A program made the position numbers and the translations under genes. 64,000 bases of DNA from an uncultured Candidatus Saccharibacteria bacterium (lineage in GTDB: Bacteria > Patescibacteriota > Minisyncoccia > Phycocordibacterales > CSBR16-119): contig CAZHCS010000001.1 in the NCBI GenBank assembly GCA_964531475.1, positions 112,739 through 176,738 of the forward strand, written 5' to 3'. This document shows, in pieces, positions 1-9,357 of this stretch. The notes beneath the pieces are model-generated. The model searched no databases and was not told the DNA's origin. It saw nothing but the letters and a program-made list of their open reading frames with translations. Each line of letters starts with the position of its first letter. Positions within the stretch are counted from its first letter, which is position 1.

Positions 1-519
1 GCGGTTCGGCAATCTTCTAAAGGCTGGATCATCCAAGTGTTTTGGCAAATATTTCCAGTTCAATTCGCTTCCGTGCCAACCGTTCGACCCGATGACGCGC
101 AGGTTAATGTTGTCGCGACCGACCAGATCGATGGAGGTATTTGCAGCAGTATTGTCGCTCCGTGTCAGCATCAGGTCTACAAGATAATCGACGGTAACGA
201 TGTCGCCTGCCCGCAACAACGGACGCATGTCTCCGGGAAATACTGTTGGGTCAGTGTCGACGTCGTTCGGGGAACGAATTTCGATGCGCTTTTTCATATC
301 GAGTTGCCGGTTAAGCACTCGTGCCAGAACTTCATGGGCAATGAAAATCTTCGGAACAGAAGCCGGATACATGAAATGATCCATATTCCAGCCGAAAATT
401 CGATTGTCGAAGTCGTTCAAGTCTGCAACGGCAAAACTGACTTCATAATTGCCAAGGGTGGGGCCGAAGAGATCTTTGATGTCCTGATTTCGTTTCTCGT
501 CTAGTTGTAGGGGTGCCAT
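1..519 (-). CDS. Class A beta-lactamase-like serine hydrolase (5' part; runs off window edge)
   Basis: Not in ORF track. Manual translation from ATG 519 is open to position 1: MAPLQLDEK...YPASVPKIF (SxxK)...MLTRSDNTAAN (SDN loop). Confidence 0.8.
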   Translation of the reverse strand, partial: MAPLQLDEKRNQDIKDLFGPTLGNYEVSFAVADLNDFDNRIFGWNMDHFMYPASVPKIFIAHEVLARVLNRQLDMKKRIEIRSPNDVDTDPTVFPGDMRPLLRAGDIVTVDYLVDLMLTRSDNTAANTSIDLVGRDNINLRVIGSNGWHGSELNWKYLPKHLDDPAFRRLPNR

Positions 520-619
520 GGTGCTCTTTTTTTGCCTACACTACCATGATAAATCGTGACTGTACAGCTCTATTTACAATACAAAAATTTTGTGATAAAT
601 TCTCAAAAAACCGCACAAG

Positions 620-1171
620 ATGTACTCTGAAAGTAACTACAGAACAGTAAAAGCAGCTGCGTACGATGCCCTTAAGGCCGTCCTTGAAAAAGATGCGGAG
701 CTCAAAACTCTGGTACACACGTACGCTGACAACAACGTCAGAGAGGGTGCGAGCGAGGTACCGCTTATCGAACTGGCATTCTTGTGGGACAAGGAAACCG
801 GCTGGCAACCAGGCTCAAAAGGATGCTTCCGCTTCCATCTCGTGCTCAACATCGATGCATACAATGCCGGCGATCCAAGTCACACCCTAAAGCTCATCGT
901 TTCGCATGTCCCCATGACGGACAATGGCTATGACTGGGATGCCGATGAAGTACATACTCACCCTGCCGATCCGGCTACGCATCGCGCCCACGACTGCAAC
1001 CAGTTTATTGCATTCATGTGTCAGCTCACCGAGCGAGGGACTCTGCGGCGGCACCTCACACAAGTGATCGAGTCTCGCGGCACGTACAAGCCCTTGTTCA
1101 TCGAAAACCTTGAAAAGAGGTCGCATGCACGCAAACAGAGACTGCTGCGGAAGCAGGAAGTCTCAAGATGA
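620..1171 (+). CDS. Hypothetical protein (stand-alone gene)
   Basis: 183-aa ORF with TTTACA-17-TAAATT promoter (573-601), A/C-rich leader and downstream hairpin; no family recognised. Confidence 0.7.
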   Translation: MYSESNYRTVKAAAYDALKAVLEKDAELKTLVHTYADNNVREGASEVPLIELAFLWDKETGWQPGSKGCFRFHLVLNIDAYNAGDPSHTLKLIVSHVPMTDNGYDWDADEVHTHPADPATHRAHDCNQFIAFMCQLTERGTLRRHLTQVIESRGTYKPLFIENLEKRSHARKQRLLRKQEVSR

Positions 1172-1181
1172 CGCAACGAGA

Positions 1182-1204
1182 AAACCCCGGTCATGCCGGG
1201 GTTT
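1182..1204. terminator. Intrinsic terminator hairpin between convergent genes
   Basis: AAACCCCGG-tcatg-CCGGGGTTT. Confidence 0.75.
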
Positions 1205-1208
1205 CTTC

Positions 1209-2201
1209 TTATTCGTCGTCTTCGGTTGTCTCGGAGATATCCCCTTTTTCCATCCTCTCGCCCACAGTCGCGAGAATATCCTCGATCTGGCCATTCAAAA
1301 CCAGCGGGATATTGCTCCAAGATTCTTTGATCCGGTGATCGGTGATTCTGTCCTGCGGGAAGTTATACGTGCGGATTTTTTCTGAGCGGTCACCCGAGCC
1401 TATTTGACTAGCGCGGTCGGCGGAATATTTCCGTGCCTCTTCTTCGTCTTGTCGCTGCTGAAGCCTGGACTTTAGGAGCGCGAGCGCGCGTTCACGGTTG
1501 GCAAGCTGGCTGCGCTCGACCGTCGAACGGACGTCGATTCCGGTCGGTTTGTGGATGACGCGAACAGCCGACTCTACTTTGTTGACGTTTTGTCCGCCGG
1601 CACCGCCTGCACGGGACGTCTCGAATTCAAGATCGCTATCAGGAATAACAATGGTTGTCTTTTTAAAAATTGGCAGAATGGCGACCGATGCTGTCGATGT
1701 ATGAATCCTGCCCTGCTTTTCTGTCGCCGGGACGCGCTGTACACGATGAACACCTGTTTCGAAGCGCAGATGTTTGTAAATATCTTTGCCGTGGAATTCA
1801 AACGATGCTTCTTTGTATCCACCCAAATCGTTTTGCGATTCGTAGTCTTTTTTCCAAGAGAAACCCTGTTTTTCAGCATAACGCTGATACATTTCGGCAA
1901 GCTGTCTGGCGAAAAGGGCGGCCTCGTCCCCGCCGGCGCCGGCCCGGACTTCGAGCATTATTTCGTTCGGAAATTTTTCTTCTTCACGTTCGGCCTTGAG
2001 TATTTTTTCTGCCTGCTCTTCAATAGCGTTCCGTTCATTTGCAATACGAGCAAGCTCTTCTTCCGCCAACTCTTTCATGTCCGGCGACATTTCTAGCATT
2101 TCGCGAGCTTCTTTTTCCGCAGCCGAAAGAGCGTCGAGCTGACTGCCGAGGTACGCCGTCTTGTGGTTTGCTTTTATGTCTTCGATAGTGAACTTCAACA
2201 T
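1209..2201 (-). CDS. prfA: Peptide chain release factor 1
   Basis: GGQ motif (GAGGQNVNK), PxT anticodon-mimic (RVPATE), [20 protein letters not shown]. Confidence 0.95.
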   Translation of the reverse strand: MLKFTIEDIKANHKTAYLGSQLDALSAAEKEAREMLEMSPDMKELAEEELARIANERNAIEEQAEKILKAEREEEKFPNEIMLEVRAGAGGDEAALFARQLAEMYQRYAEKQGFSWKKDYESQNDLGGYKEASFEFHGKDIYKHLRFETGVHRVQRVPATEKQGRIHTSTASVAILPIFKKTTIVIPDSDLEFETSRAGGAGGQNVNKVESAVRVIHKPTGIDVRSTVERSQLANRERALALLKSRLQQRQDEEEARKYSADRASQIGSGDRSEKIRTYNFPQDRITDHRIKESWSNIPLVLNGQIEDILATVGERMEKGDISETTEDDE

Positions 2202-2218
2202 ATGTATATTCTAGCAAA

Positions 2219-2249
2219 GTCCCTACTACGCTAAAGCTTCGCAGGGTAC
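2219..2249 (+). repeat. Short palindromic REP-like repeat, core CTWCGCTAAAGCTWCG
   Basis: CCCT-actacgctaaagcttcgc-AGGG; the same core occurs on the minus strand at 17980-17995. Confidence 0.6.
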
Positions 2250-2284
2250 AAAAAAACGCCAATAAGGCGTCTTTACGTGAGTCG

Positions 2285-2539
2285 TTATTTTTTCTTCGTC
2301 GCGGCAGCGCGCTTCTTGAACTTGTCGACGCGACCGGCAGTGTCGAGGACAGTTTCCTTGCCCGTGTAGAATGGGTGCGAAGCAGAGGAAATTTCAACCT
2401 TGTAGAGGTCGTATTCCTTGCCATTAAATTTACCCTTTTCCGATGTCTTGATGACTGAACCAATCAAAAACTGGGCGCCATTGGAGACGTCTTCAAAGAT
2501 GACAGGGCGGAAATTTTCCGGATGGATGTCTGTTTTCAT
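2285..2539 (-). CDS. rpmE2: 50S ribosomal protein L31 type B
   Basis: MKTDIHP...[14 protein letters not shown]...AGRVDKF, no Zn-binding cysteines. Confidence 0.95.
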   Translation of the reverse strand: MKTDIHPENFRPVIFEDVSNGAQFLIGSVIKTSEKGKFNGKEYDLYKVEISSASHPFYTGKETVLDTAGRVDKFKKRAAATKKK

Positions 2540-2575
2540 GGGTAGAATACTAACACAGGGTTTTAACTAAAACAA

Positions 2576-2646
2576 GCCCCCACACCTACTTTTTGACGGG
2601 CAACGCCCGGGCGCCTCAGGCGCGATCAAAAAGTAGGTGTGAGGGC
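2576..2646. repeat. T-shaped (branched) palindrome
   Basis: 16-bp perfect IR CACACCTACTTTTTGA/TCAAAAAGTAGGTGTG enclosing two small hairpins (CGGGC-aac-GCCCG; GCGCC-tca-GGCGC). Confidence 0.75.
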
Positions 2647-2722
2647 AGGCCCTTTTCATTCTAGTTTTTCATATATTGACACAATTAAAAAATAATATTA
2701 ATATGACGAGAAATCCAGAACA

Positions 2723-2893
2723 ATGAATAAGCCATTTTTCATTCTTGCTGTTCCACGAACCAAAAGCAGTGGTTCGAAAAGAAAAGCTGCCAAGAAAAGG
2801 GCTCCCAAAAAACCAAAGAGTGAGAAAAATGGGCGTGCAGGAGGATCTATGGAAGACCCCGAGGAACGTGACATTTTTGGCAATCTAGCGTGA
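2723..2893 (+). CDS. Small Lys/Arg-rich protein (56 aa)
   Basis: Below ORF-track cutoff. MNKPFFILAVPRTKSSGSKRKAAKKRAPKKPKSEK...; TTGACA-17-TAATAT promoter at 2676-2704 and terminator at 2903-2929. Confidence 0.65.
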   Translation: MNKPFFILAVPRTKSSGSKRKAAKKRAPKKPKSEKNGRAGGSMEDPEERDIFGNLA

Positions 2894-2902
2894 TTACCGA
2901 GG

Positions 2903-2929
2903 AGGCCCACGTCATGACGTGGGCCTTTC
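2903..2929. terminator. Intrinsic terminator
   Basis: AGGCCCACGTCATGACGTGGGCCT followed by TT. Confidence 0.7.
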
Positions 2930-2972
2930 GATTTTCACTACTTTGTACATAGGTCTTGCCTATGCGCTATTT

Positions 2973-4373
2973 TTAATCATTGTCCGCCTTTTCCAAAATG
3001 TCGATATTGGCCTGGATGACTTTTACGTGCTCCATGACAGCATTGCCGTAGAAAACATTTTTAACTGCTGGATCAGTACATGACCTACCCGAGTAATAAC
3101 GGCACGCAGCATTCCATTCTGCCGTATAGGTCTTGGCACTGGCGCCCAGGTCTTTCACATAGAGCGCGGTCGCCATGATAGCGTGTGCCGGATTCCACGG
3201 ATCAGGTACGCTTACCCCGACAGCAGCGCCAATTCGTGACTGCAGACCCATCCATGTAGACGGGATAAATTGCGATGGACCCATAGCGCCGCCATAGCCT
3301 ACAGCAAATGGGCACGAGACACGTGTGACAAGCGGGTCGCGGCCAAGCTGTTTCAATAGTGTCTGAAGTACAGGCAGGTCTCGAGTTGGGTGTATACCAT
3401 TACTGTACACGGTGCCGCTGTTTATATTTTTTGTTTTTCCAGTCTCAAGATCAGTGATAGTACATGTACCAACATTGGAACCCAAGTTGGTTTCTTGCTT
3501 CAAGATAGCCAATATATACGCAGGACGTACTCCGGTGGCGTTGCCGGCTGCCTTGGCGAATTCATAAGCCTCGCCAAACGGAATAGGGCCAGCGTCACGG
3601 AAACGGAATAGTTCGGCGCGAATTTTGGCGGCTTGGGCCTGACGATCTTTTACGATCTGTGCGTACTCGGCTTCTTTGTTTTTGGAAATAGAGAGAAGAG
3701 TTTTCTGTTCTTTCTCGTTGGCTTCAATCTGACTCTTTTGCTGTTCGATTTCTTTCTTGGCGTCAATCTCTTCGTCCTGTTTGACCTCGAGCTCTTTTTT
3801 GACACCCTCTGTGCGTTCTTTGGTCCCGCGAATATCTTGGACCGAATCATGAACGGATTTTTTCACCGACGCGAATGTGTCGACGTCGGCATAGAATTCC
3901 GAAATTGTAGACGACGACAAAAGAGCGTGCGCAAACGTCACCTTGTCGAGCTCGTTAGTCTTTCTGATGAGCTGCTCGAGAGACTCTTTACCCTTTTCGA
4001 TGTCTTTATTAAGAGCGCTTATTGTCTGCTCTTTTGTTTTGATATCTTTGCCAAGCTTTTTAATGGTTATATCCTGCTGATTGATCTTTTTCTTGGCGGC
4101 ATCAATGCGGCTCTGCAAAACGCCAATGTCGCGCTGAATGCTGGCCGATTGGCCTTTTTGGTTGTTGAGTTTCGCCTGTTCGGCCGCTATTTCCGCCTCG
4201 CACTGCTTCAAAATCTGCTCGAGTTCGGCGTCAGATTTACCGGCGATATTTCCATCGCAGGCCGCATCAACCGGACGCGCCAAAAAGAAAACTGATAAAG
4301 ACAAAAGCACCACTCCCGCAAGAATGATGCTTTTGTTAACGCTACCTGTTTGTATCTTGGAAAGAAAATTCAT
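2973..4373 (-). CDS. Secreted coiled-coil protein with C-terminal lytic transglycosylase (lysozyme-like) domain
   Basis: Signal peptide, long coiled coil, ILKQET catalytic Glu, GAMGPSQFIPSTW motif. Confidence 0.85.
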   Translation of the reverse strand: MNFLSKIQTGSVNKSIILAGVVLLSLSVFFLARPVDAACDGNIAGKSDAELEQILKQCEAEIAAEQAKLNNQKGQSASIQRDIGVLQSRIDAAKKKINQQDITIKKLGKDIKTKEQTISALNKDIEKGKESLEQLIRKTNELDKVTFAHALLSSSTISEFYADVDTFASVKKSVHDSVQDIRGTKERTEGVKKELEVKQDEEIDAKKEIEQQKSQIEANEKEQKTLLSISKNKEAEYAQIVKDRQAQAAKIRAELFRFRDAGPIPFGEAYEFAKAAGNATGVRPAYILAILKQETNLGSNVGTCTITDLETGKTKNINSGTVYSNGIHPTRDLPVLQTLLKQLGRDPLVTRVSCPFAVGYGGAMGPSQFIPSTWMGLQSRIGAAVGVSVPDPWNPAHAIMATALYVKDLGASAKTYTAEWNAACRYYSGRSCTDPAVKNVFYGNAVMEHVKVIQANIDILEKADND

Positions 4374-4413
4374 GTTGTGAATTCTCTCGCCGGAAATGTA
4401 CAGAATGCGAGAG

Positions 4414-5046
4414 TTACTCCGCCGGAGCGGCTTCTTCGTCTTTTTTGCCCTTGGCTTCGACTTCGATCGAAGACAAATCGATTGGAGCCGATTCGATAGG
4501 CTCGTCTTTGGCGACAGTCATCGACGCAACGACGGTTTCTGCATCGTCGACAAGAGTGACGCCAGCCGGCAACACGACGTCCTTGAGCGTAATAACGCTA
4601 TCCATGCTTGCGAGCGCAGACAAGTCGACAGAAATACCGTGTGGCACATTTTTCGGCAAAGCCGAAACCTTGACCTCGTGAAGCGACTTGACGAGGACGC
4701 CACCACCCTTGGCGGCAGCCGATTCTCCGACGAATTCGAGCGGAACATCGACTTCGATCTCTTTGGTCATGTCGACGGCCAAAAAGTCGATATGGATCGG
4801 TTCATTAGTAACCGGATCATGCTGGATATCGTGGACAAGCGCGTCAAACGATCCAGATGGTGTTTCGAGCGTAAGAGTATTTGTCTCACCAACCTCTTTG
4901 AAAATCTTGGTAAAGTCTATCTTTTTAACGACGATAGGGGTCGTTTCTCGCTTAAATCCGTAAAAGACCGCCGGGACCTGGCCGGAGTTCCGTAGGTCAG
5001 CGTTCTTGGAAGCAGGATTGCGGACGTCTGCATGTAACGTTGTCAT
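4414..5046 (-). CDS. rplY: 50S ribosomal protein L25/Ctc
   Basis: LRNSGQVPAVFYG, QHDPVTNEPIHIDF; ATG 5046 lies 8 nt after TATAAT. Confidence 0.93.
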   Translation of the reverse strand: MTTLHADVRNPASKNADLRNSGQVPAVFYGFKRETTPIVVKKIDFTKIFKEVGETNTLTLETPSGSFDALVHDIQHDPVTNEPIHIDFLAVDMTKEIEVDVPLEFVGESAAAKGGGVLVKSLHEVKVSALPKNVPHGISVDLSALASMDSVITLKDVVLPAGVTLVDDAETVVASMTVAKDEPIESAPIDLSSIEVEAKGKKDEEAAPAE

Positions 5047-5200
5047 AGGCAAGCATTATAAAAGAGATACCGCCAAAACGCAAGCAGATAGTAAGAGCAA
5101 ACTGGAGCTCATCGCCGCCTCGGCCCTATAGAGTTTTTTCTGTTCTTCGTCTCTCATAAAAATAGAGACGTGGGACGAGGACCAATATTACGCCAGAGGT

Positions 5201-6898
5201 TTATTTATCTAGGCGGATAAACTCGTGCGATTCTTCTAATGCGAGCCCTACCTTTTTCTTTGGATTCCAAATGACATTTGGATCCATAATCTCTTTCATT
5301 TCCCGGAAAATTCCGACCATGACTTCGCCGAACATAAGTGCAAGGTATGGCGTACGAATAAGACCGTCATTGTGCTCGGCCGTCATAGAGCCGCCGCAAG
5401 TTTTGACCAATGCGAATACTTCTTTGGAAACTCGTTTAATAATATCCAGGGTTTTCGGATCTCGGAAATCCATAAGTGGAATGACATGCAAATTACCGTT
5501 TCCCAAATGCCCAGCAATCGTGTAGAGCATCTTTTCTCTGTCCAATATTTCAGTTAGTTTCGGCAGGTATTCCGGCAAACGCGCAACTGGCACAATGACG
5601 TCGTCAATAAACGGTGCCGTGCGGAGATTTTTGGAATGATCGGACAAAAGTTTGAATGAGTCACGGCGAATGTGGAAATATTTGTCGCGCTCTTCGGCGG
5701 TTTTGGTGATACGCGTTTTGACCCGAAAGCCCTTGATACGACTTTCGGCAACACGCACTTCCGAAATAAGTCCCTCTTCACTGTTTGAGACAAATTCGGC
5801 CAAAACGATGAGTTTTGGGATACCGCCTGTGAGCATCATGAAAAGTTCTGGCAGGAATTTGAAACCGTATGCAATGGTGCCGAAAAAACCTTTGTTTCGA
5901 ACGAAACTGCGAAAGAATTTCAATGCAAATGTGAGCGTATGGTCGTCGTAAACCTCTAAAGTCTCTACGTCATTTTTCATAAGCTCGGCGGTCAGCGCTG
6001 GTATTTCTTGCAAATTTTTTACGAAAACTACAAGCAACTTTGATCGCGTCTCTACTTCGACCAGTCGGTAAGTGATTTCAGTAATAATACCGGTGGTACC
6101 CTGCGCGCCGACAAAAAGCTTGGTCGGATCAAATGTTTCGGTCGACTGATTCCAAACATCCCAGATGAGATACCCCGAAGAATTCTTGTTAACGTTTGGC
6201 TTTGCTGCCGCAATCTCTGACATGTTGCGCTTGCACAGATTCCAAATTTTGCGATAGATTTCGGCCAGACGATTGTCTTCTAAAATTTTTGCTTCAAGTT
6301 CAGTCCGGCTAAGCGGCGCAACTTCATATTCATTGCCATCATCTAAAACAACTTTTAAGCGCTCGACAAAATCTTTATTCTGTCCGTATTTCAAAGTTTT
6401 TTCCCCTGCCCCATTGTTTGCAACCATGCCGCCAACTGTCGCAAGTTCGCGCGAGGCCGGATAGCACGGCATGATAAGACCCTGCTTGAGGGTTTCTTTC
6501 TCAAAATCTCGATAAAATGTGCCCGGACGAACAACCGCCTTTCCTGCAATATTGAAATCGTGACCAGTCGGAGATTTTTGGGTGCCAAATTTGCCCCGCT
6601 CTACACTAACTACGCCAGTCATATAACGAGTCATATCAAGAACCACGCTCATAGTAAGAGGTCCGCCCGTCATGTCGGTCCCAGCCCCACGAGCTGTAAA
6701 TGTTACATGGTAGTAACCCTCTGCGTTGATCTTATGAGCAAAACGCACAAGAGCGCCAATATCTGCGACATGTTTTGGATAAACTACCAACTCGGGTCGG
6801 ATAGAAAAAATACTGTAGTCGCGGCTATATTTTTCCAAAACTGATGGCGAATCATCAATGTCACCTTCTATAATCTTGGCGATTTCCTGTTTTAACAT
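5201..6898 (-). CDS. FAD-binding oxidoreductase (GlcD/D-lactate dehydrogenase-like)
   Basis: RGAGTDMTGG, ATVGGMVANN, GHLGNGNLH, AEHNDG; start ATG 6898 lies 6 nt after TGGTATAAT. Confidence 0.88.
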   Translation of the reverse strand: MLKQEIAKIIEGDIDDSPSVLEKYSRDYSIFSIRPELVVYPKHVADIGALVRFAHKINAEGYYHVTFTARGAGTDMTGGPLTMSVVLDMTRYMTGVVSVERGKFGTQKSPTGHDFNIAGKAVVRPGTFYRDFEKETLKQGLIMPCYPASRELATVGGMVANNGAGEKTLKYGQNKDFVERLKVVLDDGNEYEVAPLSRTELEAKILEDNRLAEIYRKIWNLCKRNMSEIAAAKPNVNKNSSGYLIWDVWNQSTETFDPTKLFVGAQGTTGIITEITYRLVEVETRSKLLVVFVKNLQEIPALTAELMKNDVETLEVYDDHTLTFALKFFRSFVRNKGFFGTIAYGFKFLPELFMMLTGGIPKLIVLAEFVSNSEEGLISEVRVAESRIKGFRVKTRITKTAEERDKYFHIRRDSFKLLSDHSKNLRTAPFIDDVIVPVARLPEYLPKLTEILDREKMLYTIAGHLGNGNLHVIPLMDFRDPKTLDIIKRVSKEVFALVKTCGGSMTAEHNDGLIRTPYLALMFGEVMVGIFREMKEIMDPNVIWNPKKKVGLALEESHEFIRLDK

Positions 6899-6919
6899 GT
6901 AAGTATTATACCAAATGGA

Positions 6920-6946
6920 AAAGCCGGGCCCTGCGGGCCCGGCTTT
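6920..6946. terminator. Intrinsic terminator of dksA-like gene
   Basis: AAAGCCGGGCCC-tgc-GGGCCCGGCTTT. Confidence 0.8.
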
Positions 6947-6960
6947 CAATCCATCGAACA

Positions 6961-7650
6961 TCACGCTGCGATCGCATCCAACCTGACGCGCACTAGTACT
7001 CCCGTAACTGCCCCCTTTTGACCAGGCTGATGAGCCTTGACCTCGACACACGTGGTCGCGACGAGGGTCGCCCTGAGGCGCTCTTTACTGATGAGCTTCG
7101 TGGTAACACTGCAGATGCCATAGGTCTTGTTACGAATGCGGAGCAGGGCGTTCTCCAAGTTCTTGATGAACTTCTCTTGCCGCCCGGCAAGCCGTGACGT
7201 CTCTTCGCGGCTCAGCGTCTCGCTGCCATCCTCGATGAGCTTCAAGCTGGCAGAATCGGTATTCTCCGTGCCGTTGCTGTCGGTATTGGCAAGTGTCCGC
7301 TTCAAGATCTCGTAGTCATTGCGAGCATCGTCCAACTTCTTTTCGATGAGTAGCTTGAATTCTTCCAGCTCCGGATCACTGTAACGTTTGCGATTACCGG
7401 GCTCGAGTGTGGACTTTCCTCCCGGGACGACATTAGGCATCTCCTTTCTGCGCATCGGCGGTCCAGCAACCCTAACGAGCGACGGTTCCGCCTGCGGAGG
7501 ATTGTCCAGCTCGGTTGGTTTTTTCTTGCGCGTTCTCGTGGTTTTGGCCACCGGCTCCTTCGTTGCTTTGACCGCACTCTTGCGAGCCGGTTTAGCCACT
7601 TTCGCGACCTTCCCGGACTCAGCCTTCTTTAGGCTCTGTTTTTTACCCAT
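6961..7650 (-). CDS. dksA: TraR/DksA family transcription factor, Bacteroidota-like, with K/A-rich N-terminal extension
   Basis: RYSDPELEEFK...RQEKFIKNLENALLRIRNKTYGICSVTTKLISKERL; start set to ATG 7650 downstream of promoter 7703-7731. Confidence 0.85.
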   Translation of the reverse strand: MGKKQSLKKAESGKVAKVAKPARKSAVKATKEPVAKTTRTRKKKPTELDNPPQAEPSLVRVAGPPMRRKEMPNVVPGGKSTLEPGNRKRYSDPELEEFKLLIEKKLDDARNDYEILKRTLANTDSNGTENTDSASLKLIEDGSETLSREETSRLAGRQEKFIKNLENALLRIRNKTYGICSVTTKLISKERLRATLVATTCVEVKAHQPGQKGAVTGVLVRVRLDAIAA

Positions 7651-7702
7651 GGGGTGGTTTTTGGTTTTGTTCGACGTTTTTTGTTGGAAAGAACAGAGTA
7701 CT

Positions 7703-7731
7703 ACTATACAACTACGGGCATAATACGTCAA
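7703..7731 (-). promoter_or_regulatory. Sigma70-type promoter of dksA-like gene
   Basis: TTGACG-17 nt-TATAGT. Confidence 0.7.
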
Positions 7732-7779
7732 CTTTAAATTCCCCATTTCTTTAACGGGCGACCTGGTATACTTGAAAAC

Positions 7780-8781
7780 ATGAAATCATTAGATTTTTTG
7801 GCTGTAGGCGACATGGCTGTCGATGCGTTCATCGAGCTCGAGGACGCTCGCGTTACGTGCGATATAAATGACAGCAATTGCACAATATCGATGAAGTTTG
7901 CCGATAAAATTCCCTACAAAGACGTAACTGTCGTACACGCCGTGGGCAATAGTCCAAATGCAGCGGTTTCGGCTGCGCGACTCGGTCTCGGGTCAGGGCT
8001 TGTCACTCATGCTGGTAGCGACGAAACGGGCCGAGAGTGCCTTGCATCTCTTGCGCAAAATGGTGTAGACACGACATTTGTAACACAAGAGTCTGGTCTA
8101 AAGACCAACTACCACTACGTTCTCTCTTACGATGCTGATAGAACTATTCTGATAAAGCATCAACCATTTACTTATGACTTCCCTACCGAAACCAAAAACC
8201 TTGCCGCGCCGCGGTTCATGTATCTGTCATCGATTGGAGATAACACGCTCGCTTATCACGAACAAATTGCCGATTATCTAGAAGCAAATCCAGACATAAA
8301 ACTAGCCTTTCAGCCGGGCACTTTTCAGATGAGGCTTGGTCACGAAAAGCTTGCGCGACTCTACAAACGCACCGAACTTTTCTTCTGCAACAAAGAAGAG
8401 TCGCAAAGAATACTTGGTACCAACGAAAGCGACATAAAGGTCTTGCTTAAAAATATGAGTGACATCGGACCGGCGACCGTCTTTATTACCGACGGTCCGC
8501 GCGGCGCGTATGCATACGACGGTGAGCATTTTTACATGGTACCTATTTATCCCGACCCGAAGCCGCCGGTTGAGCGTACTGGCGCGGGCGATGCTTTTGC
8601 TTCTACTGTCACTGCGGCGATAGCTCTTGGTAAATCACTTCCAGAAGCGCTCCTATGGGGTCCGGTTAATTCGATGAACGTAGTGCAATATATCGGTGCG
8701 CAAAAAGGATTACTTACGCGTGAGCAGCTAGAAGAACTTTTGGCCAAGGCACCAGAAGATTATAAGGTTAAAGAAATATAA
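7780..8781 (+). CDS. PfkB family carbohydrate kinase
   Basis: GNSPNAAVSAARLG and C-terminal RTGAGDAF signature. Confidence 0.92.
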   Translation: MKSLDFLAVGDMAVDAFIELEDARVTCDINDSNCTISMKFADKIPYKDVTVVHAVGNSPNAAVSAARLGLGSGLVTHAGSDETGRECLASLAQNGVDTTFVTQESGLKTNYHYVLSYDADRTILIKHQPFTYDFPTETKNLAAPRFMYLSSIGDNTLAYHEQIADYLEANPDIKLAFQPGTFQMRLGHEKLARLYKRTELFFCNKEESQRILGTNESDIKVLLKNMSDIGPATVFITDGPRGAYAYDGEHFYMVPIYPDPKPPVERTGAGDAFASTVTAAIALGKSLPEALLWGPVNSMNVVQYIGAQKGLLTREQLEELLAKAPEDYKVKEI

Positions 8782-8782
8782 A

Positions 8783-9319
8783 ATGGATTTTTTTAATAAG
8801 CTAAATAGAGAATTTAAACTCGCTAAACCTGCAAGCGAAAGAGTCGAGACGGACCCCACAATCAAAAAAGAGCCGTCTCTCGAAGATTTTACTGATTTAT
8901 TGAATAAAGAGGCTGAAAATCGTCCCGAATTCGGTCAAAATGAAATCGAACAGGATATCGAGCGTCTTGAGCTTCGCTATCGTGAATTGTCCACCAAGCC
9001 CGAAATCGTCTCGTATATCGAAAAGATGGGTCAATACATACAGGCCCAAGAAGCGATCCAGGACCTCACAAAACGATTAGAACAAGCAGTCTCGGACACG
9101 GATAGTACAATAACGATTGATCAGATCAGAAAAAACGAAGGACGGAAACAAGTCTTTGAACAAGGCATGGTTTCAATCGAGCGCGAACTAGCTAAGATGG
9201 AAGATTCATTCTCTGATCTTTCTAAAGACTTGGCCGAAATGAAGGCTCTTGAAGAAAAAATTTCCCACCTACAACAAAAACTTGATGCATTCTACAATCA
9301 GCCTCAAGATCAGAACTAA
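8783..9319 (+). CDS. Hypothetical coiled-coil protein
   Basis: 178-aa E/K/Q-rich ORF 1 nt after the pfkB stop. Confidence 0.7.
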   Translation: MDFFNKLNREFKLAKPASERVETDPTIKKEPSLEDFTDLLNKEAENRPEFGQNEIEQDIERLELRYRELSTKPEIVSYIEKMGQYIQAQEAIQDLTKRLEQAVSDTDSTITIDQIRKNEGRKQVFEQGMVSIERELAKMEDSFSDLSKDLAEMKALEEKISHLQQKLDAFYNQPQDQN

Positions 9320-9323
9320 ATCC

Positions 9324-9353
9324 CTACAAGCTAAAAGCTAGTCACTAAAAACT
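9324..9353. repeat. Heptamer (CTAnnnn)4 array
   Basis: CTACAAG CTAAAAG CTAGTCA CTAAAAA CT. Confidence 0.65.
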
Positions 9354-9357
9354 CGTC

